Below are positions 14,617-25,606 of a stretch of DNA of 64,000 nucleotides, piece after piece (the first letter of the stretch is position 1; each line of letters opens with the position of its first letter). Source of the DNA: Eledone cirrhosa. Its lineage: Eukaryota. The notes under the pieces are model-generated. The model was not told the origin of the DNA. It saw only the letters and a program-made list of their open reading frames with translations, and made no database searches. The position numbers were made by a program, and so were the translations under genes. The stretch spans positions 135,532,001 to 135,596,000 of the forward strand of contig OZ024744.1 of the NCBI GenBank assembly GCA_964016885.1. Reading direction: 5' to 3'.

Positions 14617-15243
14617 TGGGAACCAACTCACAGGAGACACAGTAGAGGAAGTTATACACAAGTTACTATTGTGGGAACTGAGGGGAGACACAGTATCGAG
14701 GAAGGATTAACGGCATTAACATCTTCAGTAGCAGGGATGATTTCCGGTACTACTATTAACTCTCAGTGCCTATAAAAATCGACATGACCCAAGCAGTTCA
14801 CTTCAGTTTTATGTTGAACTTCCTTGTGGCAAGGTAAGAGGTATTAAAATTACTAGTACATACAAACTGACGTTAATTTTTCTGAAAATCTGTGCTTCAA
14901 TATTAAAATCTTTTATCCAATTTGAAAGACTGTAGGAATAAAATGGCTAAATATTTCCTTTTTTAATACAAATTTAAAACTTCAATTTATAACTTTGTAT
15001 TTATCTGATATATATATATGTTTTGAGAAATATAAAAATATCAATGGTGATCATAATGGAATAAATTTGGTAACAATGATTAATGACTTGCAGAGATGTC
15101 TTTTTTTATTATTTAAGTTATTTTAACGCCTAACATTTATATTTACCTTGACCATATTTTATGTAAATATGTCTTTTATTTGTTGCCAAATATCTTTTAA
15201 TTTTTTAACAATTTTATATTTCTTAACAAAAACCTGTAATATA

Positions 15244-16142
15244 TGAGGTGTGTCAGAAAAGTTCCAGGACTGATGTCACAAAAGATTTATTTCAAACCCA
15301 AACTTCACACTAAGAGTTTTCTCCTTCAAAGTCATCCCCCTGGGGTCTAATGCACTTTTCCATCCTTTTCTGCCATGCTTGTATGCACTCCTGGAAGGAT
15401 TCTTCCAGGATCCTCTGCAGTTCCGTCGTCACGGCCTTTTTGATGTCATCCACGTCTTCAAAACGAGTCCCCCTCCGGGTCGTACTCGAAGATCCATGAC
15501 TCATTACCGGTGATGACTGTCCCTAGCAAGTCTGGTTTGGTTTCAAGACACTCGAGGATCTCCTGGCACACTTGCATACGTCAACCCTTTTGGCACCATC
15601 TTCGCGCAGACTTTCCGCATGTCCAAATCTTCAGTGAGAATCTTCCAGACACTGTCCCGATTCATTCCCAGCTCATTTGCCATCAGTTGAACAGTCAGCC
15701 GACGATCGCTACGCACCATCTGCCTGACGTGCTCAACGTTGACCTCAGTCCTGGTTGTTGAGGGCCTTCCGCTCCTGGGGTCATCTTTCACGTCCTCACG
15801 TCCTTCTTTAAACCTCTTGCACCACTCAAAAACACGTGAGCGTCACATCGTGAGCATCACACGTGAGCGTCTCATCTCCATACACTTGCTGCAGCGGAGT
15901 TTTCCCCAACCGTACCAGAAACTTCAAGTTTGTTTGTTGCTCTGTGCTCATTGCTTGACAACCTGAAACAGAGGACATGTATATAAAATTATGAAGAAAA
16001 AAGTTTGATCACTGCAGAGAGCTAAGATTACAGTTACATACTCCAGGGGGATTACTTTGAAGAAGAAAACTCTTAGTGTGAAGTTTGGGTTTGAAATAAA
16101 TCTTTTATGACATCAGTCCTGGAACTTTTCTGACACACCTCA
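15244..16142 (-). mobile_element. Internally deleted mariner DNA transposon with ~105-bp TIRs and TA target duplication
   Basis: TIR TGAGGTGTGTCAGAAAAGTTCCAGGACTGATGTCA... at both ends, flanked by TA (15242-43, 16143-44). Transposase remnants DDPRSGRPST, DRRLTV, RKVCAKMVPK and VITGNESWIFEYDPE are joined directly to the C-terminal GTRFEDVDDIKK...QGDDFEG. Confidence 0.95.
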
Positions 16143-16192
16143 TATGTTGCAACAGCTATATATAATTATTAAATTTTTTTTACAGACAACCC

Positions 16193-17687
16193 ATGGCTGC
16201 TCCAAGTAAGAAGTGCCGACAGTATTCTGTTGAATATTTGTCTTACAGATTTATTCCATCACCACATAATAAAACGAAACCAATGTGCCTCATATGTACG
16301 GATGTACTTTCAAATGATAGCATGAAACCTTGTAAACTAAAAGTCCATCTAGAAACGAAGCACAAAGGAAAGGAAAATCAACCAGTAGAATACTTTAAAA
16401 AACAGTGTTTCAAGTGTTTTAAAAAAAAGTGAGTAAAATGAGTGATGGTTTACTAGCATCTTATGAAATTAGCAAGATAATAGCAAAGGCTGGAAAACCC
16501 CATAATATTGGTGAAACAGTAATTTTACCGGCTTTATCTGTTATAATTTCATCAGTTATGAAACAAAATCTAAGTGAAATTACTAATTCCATCCCTTTAA
16601 GCAACTCTTCTATGTCACGGTGCATTGATGAAATGGCAGAGAATGCAGAAAAACAATTAATAGCTAATTTGCAAGTAAAACAGTTTGCCCTTCAGCTTGA
16701 TGAATCTACCTTAACAGATAATAATGAAGCCATGCTATTAGCATATGTGAGATTTAAAGATGATAAAGGACCCAGAGAGGAAATGCTCTTTGCTAGAAGT
16801 CTTAGGACAGACACAAAAGGTGAAAGAATTGTTAATGAAGTTGTTACTTATTTCAAGGAAAACAATATTCCACTCAAAAATATAATTGCATGTGCTACTG
16901 ATGGTGCACCATCCATGACAGCCAGATACAAAGGTTTTATTACAAATTTGAAAAAAGCTGTTCCCGAAGTATTTTGTATTCACTGTGTGATACACCGTCA
17001 ACACTTGCAAAGAAATTGAGTGGACTTCTGGATGATGCCCTTGCTGTTGTGATAAAAGTGTTTAACCATATTAAATAAAATTCTCTCCGAGGCTGCCTTT
17101 TTCGTGAATTCTGTAATCAAAATGGAGAAGAGTTTGCGCGCCTTATATTACATACTGAGGTGAGGTGGCTTTCAAAGGGGAATTGTCTTCAACGTTTTAT
17201 TGCACTTTGGGATTCTATTGTCTCATTTCTTGCTAACACCCAGCCGGGAGAACAACTGCTTGCAACTAAATGTGATGTATTTTACTTAGCAGATATATTT
17301 GAAAAATTAAATTTACTTAATAAACAGCTCCAAAGAAAAGATTCTGATCTCATATCTAGTAAAGGTGTTATTACTGCTTTTCTGAGAAAACTACAGTTGT
17401 ACAAAAATAATATCAGGCGTCGTGCATTTGAACAGTTTCCTTTTTTTGCTTCGATTAGCAGCGATTTGCACAATGAAGACCTTCTATTATAAAGTGAATA
17501 TTTAGAAAATATGCACGAATATATGCAAACTCGCTTTAGTGACCTACTCATGATGGATATACCAACTTGGGTGACAATTCCTTTCGAAGTTAATGTTGCT
17601 GATATAGACATTTCTTTGCAGGAGCCCCTCATTGAATTACAAAGTGATGAAATAATGCGCGCAAAATACAAAGATGAGAAGTGTAAT
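16193..17687 (+). pseudogene. hAT (Buster/Charlie-type, ZBED8/SCAND3-like) transposase pseudogene, 3'-truncated
   Basis: BED finger CLIC...KLKVHLETKH; FALQLDEST; ACATDGAPSM; HCVIHRQHL; HTEVRWLSKG. Broken by frameshifts and stops into four ORF pieces, and cut by a retroposon tail at ~17688. Confidence 0.92.
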
Positions 17688-17925
17688 ATCATCATCATCA
17701 TCGTTTAACGTCTATCTTCCACGCTAGCATGGGTTAAACGGTAATTGTCCCACTTGAGGCAAGACTGGTCAGGTGACCAAGTCTCGCTCGTATAGGACTC
17801 TACCTGGCAGGTTTTCTACGGCTGGATGCCCTTCCTAACACCAACCACATTTACAGTGTGGACTGGGAGCTTCTTTACCGTGTTACCTACACGGCCACAT
17901 TATAGCGTGGACTGGGTGTTTTATT
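17688..17925 (-). mobile_element. RTE-tailed SINE or short LINE 3' end carrying ~1.5 copies of the 48-bp motif
   Basis: (ATC)n tail, GCTAGCATGGGTT, GGATGCCCTTCCTAACACCAACCAC, then TTTACAGTGTGGACTGGG...TTATAGCGTGGACTGGG about 48 bp apart. Confidence 0.85.
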
Positions 17926-17980
17926 CAATTATATGATAAAGTTATATCTGTATAACTATGTTCGAAAATCAATTCAAAGT

Positions 17981-20155
17981 CATCATCATCACCGTTTTAC
18001 ATCCGTTCTTCCATGCTAGCATGGGTTAGACGGGTTGTCCTGTTGTGGGCAGTGTCTGGTCGGCTGACCATGCCTTGCTCATGCAGGAACTGATTTGGCT
18101 TGATTTCTACAGCTGGATGCCCTTCCTAACACCAACCTCATTTACAGTATGGGCTGGGTGCTTTTTTGCCATGGCACCTCCACGACCACCTTGCAGTGGG
18201 AGGGTGTGGGGCATATTGTCTATATGCTTCAGCTTGTACCCATGGGAGGTCGGGTACTCTGTATTACTGCGTGACGCCAGAGGTCACGGTCGTGTGTCAT
18301 CGCCTTTGAGAGGTTAATTGGGTAAAGTCGGCTTTTATCACCTCATCCCAGGTCTTCTTGGGTCTCCCCACTCCGCGGTTTCCATTGACTTCTAGTGCTC
18401 TGCACCTTTTTATGCAGCTGTCATCCTTCATACGCATCACATGTCCATACCAACGCAACCGCCTCTCCTGCATGCAGCATTTGATTCCTCTTATGCTCAG
18501 TCTCTCTCTCAATTCATTTATGCTTTGTCGTTCGCGTATATTACTTTTACACATCCATCGGAGCATGCAGGCTTCGTTTCTTTCTAATTAACGTAAGTCT
18601 TCCACCTTCAGCGCCCAGGTCTCACTACCATGTAACATTGCTGTTCGGATACACGCATCATACAGTCTGCCTTTCATTCTGAGGGAGAAGCCTTTTGCAG
18701 CTAGCAGTGGCAGTAGTTCCCTGAACTTCTTCCATCCCGTTCTTACCCTAGTTATTGTACTTTCTGAACAGCCACCTCCGCTGCTAATTCGGTCACCTAG
18801 GTAGCAGAAGCTGTCTACTGTTTCTACAGAGCCCTCCCAGAGATTGGTGGTACTTGTTTCCTGTGGCTGTTTGCTGCTTGCTGTCTCAGCACAGCTGCTG
18901 CATGTGAAGCCTACATTCTTAATTAAGCTTCCTGAGATCCTGCTACATCTCTTGAGTACCCATTGTTTGCATTTGGGGCAGAGAATGGAGTTCCTACCTA
19001 CACCTTTCCTACATACTGAGCAAGGCCATTTCCCTGAGGGGATCTGGGCTCTGTTTTCTCGTCTACTTACAAGGACCTTAGTCTTTGAGACCCTTTCTTT
19101 CTAGTCTCTGCTTCCAAGTTTGGAATTTCTTCTCTAGTTCTACCATAGATTCAGCTATAAGTGCGAGGTCATCAGCATACAGGAATTCCCATGGGCATCC
19201 GGTCTTAAACTCCTCCGTTATTGCCTGCAGGACTATGATGAACAGGAGAGGGCTAAGAACAGAGCACTGGTGGACCCCAACCTGTACGCTAAATTCCTCG
19301 CTATACTCATTGCTAATCCTAACTTTGCTGACTGCTCCCCTATACATGGCTTGTACAGCTTTCACAAGCCATTCATCTACTCCTAGTTTTCTAAGAGCCC
19401 ACCAGATTACAGCACGTGGAACTCTGTCAAAGGCTTTCTCGAGATCGACGAATGCCAAGTAGAGTGGCTTACTTTTAGCTAGGTACTTTTCCTGTAACTG
19501 CCTCACAAGGAAGAGGGTATCAGTGGTGCCTCTTCCTGGTACAAACCCAAATTGCATCTCATCTAGTTTCACCCGGTCCCTAATCAACTATGCTATAACT
19601 CTTTCTGTTACTTTCATGACCTGGTCCATCAGCTTTATACCTCTATAGTTTCCTCTAACTAGTGCATCACCTTTACCTTTGTAGCAGTTGACAATGATGC
19701 TACTGCACCAATCTTTTGGTATGACACCTTCTAGTATTACCTGGTTAACAATACGTGTGGTTATAGTGTGACCTACAGACCCAGATGCCTTCAGCATCTC
19801 GGCAGCTATACCCGATGGACCGGTTGCCTTCCCCATCTTCATATCTTTGATTGCCTTACTTACTACGCTGCTGCTGACTTATACTGCTGGCCCCTCTATA
19901 GGATCTACTTGGGGTAGGGTCTCTTCTTCCCATGCATTCTCCTCATTTAGTAATCTATGATAATGGCTCTTTTATGCATCTTTCTTCTCAGCACTTGTGA
20001 GGGCAAGCTCACCTTTATCATTCCGGATACACTTCTCTCCAATGACATCACAATTCTCTCTGACACACTGCCTCGCAATCTTGAACACCTCCTGATTCTG
20101 GTCCTCACGTTGCAAAACATGCTTGAATTTTCTATCCTCTGCTTCCCTCCTAGCT
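17981..20155 (-). mobile_element. 5'-truncated RTE-clade LINE (RT domain, Cys-rich insert, 3'UTR, (GAT)n tail), inactivated
   Basis: NYRGIKLM, QFGFVPGRGTTD, FVDLEKAFDRVP, GVHQCSVLSPLLF, LYADDLAL, RRLRWYGHVMR, GRPKKTW; in-frame stops and frameshifts. Confidence 0.95.
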
Positions 20156-20324
20156 AAGTATACTTAGTATCACTTTTACAATTTACATTAAAATGTGTAT
20201 ATTTGGCATGTTTACCATTCACATTACTGTTTTTACTTTTGTATTTTCACGGTAATCACTTTAACTCACATAATATCAAATTTATGAGATTTTGATTCAC
20301 ATTGTACCATTGGTAACTGTTTTT

Positions 20325-20347
20325 CTCTCTCTCTCTCTCTCTCTCTC
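20325..20347. repeat. (CT)n microsatellite
   Basis: Read directly from the sequence. Confidence 0.9.
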
Positions 20348-20509
20348 ATCTCTTGTTCTTACTGTTGTTTTTTTAGAACAATACCTTAATATAAGTATGT
20401 AATATATGGAAAACAAATGATATTGCTACAAAGTAGCCATTACTCTGGGAAAAAGCACAGCTCTACCTTATTGCTTTTCCATCATCTTACTTGGTTGAAT
20501 CAGGATTTA

Positions 20510-20592
20510 GTGATGGAGGTGGCTGATAGTGGTGGTGGTGGTGATGGTGGAAGTGGTGGTGTTGGTGGAAGTGGTGGTGTTGGTGATGATGG
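20510..20592. repeat. (TGG)n-rich low-complexity tract
   Basis: Read directly from the sequence. Confidence 0.85.
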
Positions 20593-20618
20593 CTGAAAGT
20601 AAGTAAAATGTTTGTTAC

Positions 20619-20747
20619 CTTGCTTGCTGTATGTGAACTTTGACCGGTTAGCGACACTTTTTCCTTCCAACTGGCCACAGTCCCATAACTTCATAGTTCC
20701 GTCTGGAACATGTAGCAAACATGGAGTGGTCTGTACACACAGCAATC
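20619..20747 (-). CDS. PIK3R4: PIK3R4/Vps15 exon (7th in window), first WD40 repeat; contains an apparent 2-nt deletion at ~20704
   Basis: ttttttaaag|G ATT GCT...CAA G|gtaac. Reads [14 protein letters not shown][shift]DGTMKLWDCGQLEGKSVANRSKFTYSKQG, versus recalled human [44 protein letters not shown]. Confidence 0.88.
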
Positions 20748-20848
20748 CTTTAAAAAATAACACAAGAATTTTATGACATGATTAATTATGTCACAGCATA
20801 AAATTCATTTTAGAAATTTTATGCAGTGAAGACATTTTTCCAATTCAG

Positions 20849-21115
20849 GTGGGTTCTATAAAAGTGGTTGATAGCTTCCAGTACCTAGGTGATCAGATTA
20901 GCATGGGAGAGGGGTGCTCCGAGGCCATAGTATCTAGAATAAGGACGGGTTGGAAGAAGTTTAGGGAGCTGCTCCCTCTGTTGACAAAGAAGGGTCTCTC
21001 CCTGCATATGAAAGGACAGTTATATGATGCAACTGCAGAAGATATGCAACGGCTGGAGAGAAATGAAGCAAGCATGCTCCGTTGGATGTGCAATGTCAAT
21101 GTACGTGAAAGACCA
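20849..21115 (+). mobile_element. RTE-LINE fragment (post-RT region, internally deleted)
   Basis: VVDSFQYLGDQIS, RIRTGWKKFRELLPLL, ERNEASMLRWMC. Confidence 0.85.
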
Positions 21116-21139
21116 CTGGAATGGAGAATTTTATATCAA

Positions 21140-21330
21140 TGGAGGCACATGGCTTAGTGGTTAGAGCATTGGCCTTGCAATCGAAATGTCTCTATGTGGT
21201 TAAATCGACTTGTTAGAAATAGTAGTTAAATCTACCTCAAATAACAACTCCCACATATCCAACAACAACATTGAAGGACAGTCTCTATATGGTTGATTGA
21301 CCTGCTAGAAACTATAGCTAAATCTCATTA
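21140..21330 (+). mobile_element. Degenerate tRNA-derived SINE
   Basis: A-box-like head TGGCTTAGTGGTTAGAGC, followed by a duplicated GACTTGTTAGAAATAG/GACCTGCTAGAAACTATAG segment. Confidence 0.55.
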
Positions 21331-21346
21331 ACAAACAACAACTCCC

Positions 21347-21955
21347 ATGGTGGTGGTGGTGATGGTGATGGTGGTGGTGGTGGTGGTGGTGGTGGTGGTG
21401 GTGATGGTGGTGGTGATGGTGGTGATGGTGGTGGTTGTGGTGGTGGTGAAGGTGGTGGTGATGGTGGTGGTAGTGGTGGTGTTGGTGGTGATGGTGGTGA
21501 TGGTTGTGGTGGTGGTGGCAGTTAGGGTGGTGGTGTTGGTGGTGGTGGTGTTGATGTTGGTGGTTGTGTTGGTGGTGGTGGTGTTGGTGGTGGTGATGGT
21601 GGTGGTGTTGTTGGTGGTGGTGGTGGTGTTGGTGGTGGTGGTGTTGGTGTTGGTGGTGTTGGTGGTGGTGATGGTGGTGGTGTTGGTGGTGGTGTTGGTG
21701 GTGGTGATGGTGGTGTTGGTGGTGGTGATGGTGGTGGTGGTAGTGAGGGTGGAGGTGGTGGTGGTGGTGGTGATGGTAATGGTGGTGGTGGTAATGGTGA
21801 TGGTGATGGTGGTGATGGTGGTGGTGGTAGAGGCAGTGGCAGTGAGAGTGGTGATGATAATGATTATTATGATGATGATGATTATGATGGTAGTGGTGAT
21901 GATGGTATTGGTGGTGATGATGATGTTGATGTTGATGATTATGGTGATGATGACA
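21347..21955. repeat. ~600-bp compound (GGT)n grading into (GAT)n trinucleotide repeat, intronic, ending ~20 bp from a splice donor
   Basis: Read directly from the sequence; the poly-Val ORF is an artefact. Confidence 0.95.
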
Positions 21956-21975
21956 AAGCTATTTGTAAAATTTAC

Positions 21976-22165
21976 CTGTTCACAACTGACTTGTGTTCTT
22001 GCATGTGAGCAACAAGTTGACCCTTTGGTTTCCAGTTCTGTGGAGGAAAAATCTGGTCAAGACCAACCCCTTCCAAGATGTCTTTTGTCCTAATATCAGC
22101 TTCGTATTGCTCTCGCCTGCGATTCACTAAATTCCTTAGGTCTTGTTTGCAAGGTGCATAACGAG
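21976..22165 (-). CDS. PIK3R4: PIK3R4/Vps15 exon (6th in window)
   Basis: tttactttag|CT...AAC AG|gtaaat. Reads [63 protein letters not shown], versus recalled human ...[24 protein letters not shown]. Confidence 0.93.
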
Positions 22166-22479
22166 CTAAAGTAAATCAGCAAAAGAGGAAAAACTGTTCA
22201 AACACATTTGTAACAATAGAAAAAATACAAGTAGTCCCCTGTTAAGTTATGTTCCAAACACCCCTGGTTCTATCAGACAAAACTGTTTTAAAGTGTTTAT
22301 ATTTATCTAAAAACCTTCCATCATAATTTTACCTAAGAACCTTTGCTAAGTTATGTTCCAAACACCAGCTTTACAATAAGAAAGTAACTTATATTACTAA
22401 ATCCTTCCAAATTCTTGGTTATTTTCACAGACAGTGAGAGTCCTTTCATAAAAAAAATATGGTAATGTGATTGTTAAGA

Positions 22480-23041
22480 AATAATTGTTTCTACTTTTGA
22501 CACAAGGCCAGCAATTACCCAGTACTTTATTTTATCGACCCCGGAAGGATGAAAGACAAAGTTAACCTCAGCGGGATTTGAACTCAGAATGACAAGGGCC
22601 ATAACTCTATGCGTCAAAGCATGGCGTCCGACCCTCTACCGATACTGCCAATCCAAAATAATAATTGTTTCTACTTTAGGCACAATGCCAGCAATTACCC
22701 AGTGCATTACTGGTACTTTATTTTATCGACTCCGTAAGGATGAAAGGCAAAGTCAACCTCAGTGGGATTTGAACTCAGATCGTAAAGGGACGTAACTATG
22801 CTGGAAAGCATGGCGTCCGACCCTCTACCGATACTGCCAATCCACCGCCAATCCAAAATAATAATTGTTTCTACTTTAGGCACAAGGCCAGCAATTACCC
22901 AGTACATTACTGGTACTTTATTTTATCGACCCTGTAAGGATGAAAGGCAAAGTCAACCTCGGCGGGATTTGAACTCAGATCGTAAAGGGACGTAACTATG
23001 CTGGAAAGCATGGCGTCCGACCCTCTACCGATACTGCCAAT
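22480..23041 (-). mobile_element. Three head-to-tail copies of a ~200-bp tRNA-derived SINE
   Basis: AATAATTGTTTCTACTTT..GCACAAGGCCAGCAATTACCCAGT...GGATGAAAGGCAAAGTCAACCTC..GGATTTGAACTCAGA at ~22480, ~22660 and ~22860; B-box-like GAGTTCAAATCC on the - strand. Confidence 0.85.
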
Positions 23042-23068
23042 GCAAATAATAATAAAACATAAACAGAC

Positions 23069-23279
23069 TCTGGATAGTTTGTTTTTCAGGAATTGTTCCT
23101 CGAAGATTGTTCCCTTCCAAAGAAGTCTGTGCAAAGACATTTGACGTGAGAGCAGGATTTGTTAAAGATGATCGGCGTTCTGAACCACTCTCCCATTTGA
23201 TGTTTCCTTTAGACTTTGGAGAACTCGACAAGGATTTTTCTGTGTCACTTGAACCAAACATACTTTTCCATTCAGCATT
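23069..23279 (-). CDS. PIK3R4: PIK3R4/Vps15 exon (5th in window)
   Basis: ttttttcccag|AAT GCT GAA TGG; NAEWKSMFGS matches recalled human NEEWKSMFGS. Phase-1 donor A|gtctgt is inferred from the phase of the next exon. Confidence 0.88.
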
Positions 23280-23799
23280 CTGGGAAAAAAAGAAAAAAAA
23301 AATATATATATATAAGAGAGTATTGAAGTTTGCTTGAAGCATTGTGGAATAATAAGATTTATTTTCTTTTGGTCGTTTTGGAAGCCTCAACAATGCAGAT
23401 GGGTAAGTCTCCGGGTAACAGGATCCGGTGGTGAAGAGAGAGATGTAAGGTAATGTAGAATGAGATGTATAGTGTGTAGAGGAACGTAGGAAAGAGCGTA
23501 AAAAATAAAAATAATAACACGAGATAGAGTTACCTTGGGAGAGATTTAATTGTCCCTATATTTCGGATTCGCATCCATCAACTGGGTTTTCCGGGGGAGA
23601 GGTGGGGAGTTATCTGTCGGAGAGGAACGGTATGTGTCCTCTGCTGTTCGCTGTTTGTGACTAACTGAGGTATTCTGCAGATAGCACGTGCGTGCGGAAT
23701 AGGTGCGGTCAAGCAAAGGTCGAAGCAGTTCTTTTAATTGTGGGAGTGGGATGGTGTTAGCTGTCAATCCATTGTAACTGCTAGTACCAAAAACCAGCA

Positions 23800-24345
23800 C
23801 AGATAAATAGTGTAGAGGGATACTACATCTAGGCTGAAGGTGTACCTATTGGATTTGAGGGTGTCAAGTTCTAGTTTGTTGAGTCGCTGGATGACATCAT
23901 CTGAGCTATAGATGTGGCCCGGGAAGGTTGTCAACAGGAGCTTTAAAATCTTGGACAGAAGCCAAAAGATTTTATAAGATGGTCCTTCAACACTGGAGAC
24001 AATGGGTCTAATTTTCAGGTCGGGTCCTTCTTCGTGGGTTTTGATCAGGTGGTAGAAGTTGGGCAGCTTGCTGTTTCTTGTTATGTAATTTTACTGGAAT
24101 CTCTTCGGGAGCCTTCGTTGATCACAGATGTTGGTCCAGGCAGTGTTGATCTGGTTCTCTATCAGTGTGGGTGTAATTCCAGTGACTTTTGAGTAGAGAC
24201 TGTCGTAGTTGAGATGTTGGTGGGTTCGGTTGTTGTAGGCCTCCCTATTAATAACACAAAACTCTTTTTCCTTGTCCAATGGGAGGTATACAAGGTCCTT
24301 AGATCTGAGGTTGCTTAGGGTAGCAAGTTGTGATCTGGAGGGATT
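23800..24345 (-). mobile_element. Penelope-like element RT fragment
   Basis: DKEKEFCVINREAY, LPNFYHLIKTH, KIRPIVSSVEGPSYKIFWLLSKILK, FSLDVVSLYT. Confidence 0.85.
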
Positions 24346-24654
24346 GTGGGGAGTGTGTGTGTGTTATTGTAGGATGTTAGTCATGGTAAGTTTTAACTGT
24401 CAGAGTTTATTCTCAAGATCACGGTTGATAGGTGGAGAGTGTAGTAAGCGGGGAATTCACGCACACACATACATATATCATACATTTCACAATGTGCACG
24501 TTCAAAATGTTAACGTCTTTTCATTTCATTTAACTTAAATCTGTATCTTTCGTATCTCCATAGTTAACAAAAGGGTTTTTATACCACAACAAAAAGATGA
24601 CCAAACAGAGGCACAGTTTACCATAGCTAGAAATAAACTTAGATAGGTAGTAGA

Positions 24655-24918
24655 CCATTCCCATGACTTTCGGAAACATTTTTTCACGCTCAGAGTTGCT
24701 GAAGCATGGAACAAACTACCTGCATCAGTTGTTAGCTGTCGAGACACTGCATCCTTTAAGACCTCCATGCTTCCCGAGATCCGCCAACACTACAGCTAAC
24801 ACATACACACATGTACTTCCCTGACATTTGTGTATTATTCTATGTACTATACATACACCTTTGACGAGTTGTAGTGCACCTGAGCACTTTACACAATAAT
24901 TTCATTATTATTATTATA
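24655..24918 (+). mobile_element. CR1-type LINE 3' end
   Basis: HDFRKHFFTLRVAEAWNKLPASVV..ASFK*, then a 3'UTR ending in (ATT)n. Confidence 0.85.
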
Positions 24919-24924
24919 TATTAA

Positions 24925-25410
24925 GAGACAAAACAGACAAGAGGTTCAACAACTTGGAAGAAAACCTGCAGAAGGCCTACTTAGCCTCAAGCAGTGCACA
25001 AGGGATGGTGAGGTAGTGTGTCTACCCACAGATAAATCTGGTAGGATGTCAATAGACAGCATACCAAACTATATCAAGGCTATGCTACCCCACAACATCA
25101 ACATGAGTGAAACAATACCACATGAGGAGAGAGAAAAGATTGTCAATGCTCACATGATGTGGACTGATATCCTAAAACCAAGTAGACATACAGCCAACAA
25201 CTTCCAAGCGTTTAACAATGACATACCACCCCTTGTATGGGCTCTGCAAAAACCATAAAACAACTAATGACCCTATACAGGACCACCAACAAGACCTGTA
25301 TGCGGAGCCAATATTGCTAGTAACTACAAGATCTCCTACTTCCTCTCTATGATTATACGCCCCATAATTAAAATGTCCCCTGATGTATGTTGCATCACAG
25401 AGGACATGGC
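24925..25410 (+). mobile_element. Second, divergent Penelope-like RT N-terminal fragment
   Basis: VVCLPTDKSGRMSI; frameshifted IPPL-YG..K.HK; PPTRPVCGA..ASNYKISYFLSMIIRP. Confidence 0.65.
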
Positions 25411-25606
25411 TTTAAAAATGAGGCTTGCTTGCATAATTGCAAATGAATTATATATTATTATTAATATCCGAAAAACTAAAATTATATTTATTATATTCAG
25501 CCATTTTTTTTTAATATGGCAAAGACGCTTGTATACAGGAAACTGTATATTCTTTGCTCTCGTGTTGGTATGTAAACAGAACTGCAGACACTAATGTTTC
25601 TGGGTA

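Noticed and set aside
16193-17687. Domesticated ZBED/SCAND-type host gene
   Set aside because: Multiple frameshifts, stops and 3' truncation indicate a dead transposon copy.
20350-20400. Possible 18-nt + strand microexon (tttttttag|AACAATACCTTAATATAA|gtatgt)
   Set aside because: Opposite strand to the host gene and no partner exons identified; likely chance in AT-rich sequence.
21347-22093. 248-aa poly-Val ORF; also His-rich and HT/VC-rich ORFs at 20487, 28205 and 30978-31467
   Set aside because: Translations of microsatellites; only the parts coinciding with PIK3R4 exons on the - strand are credible.
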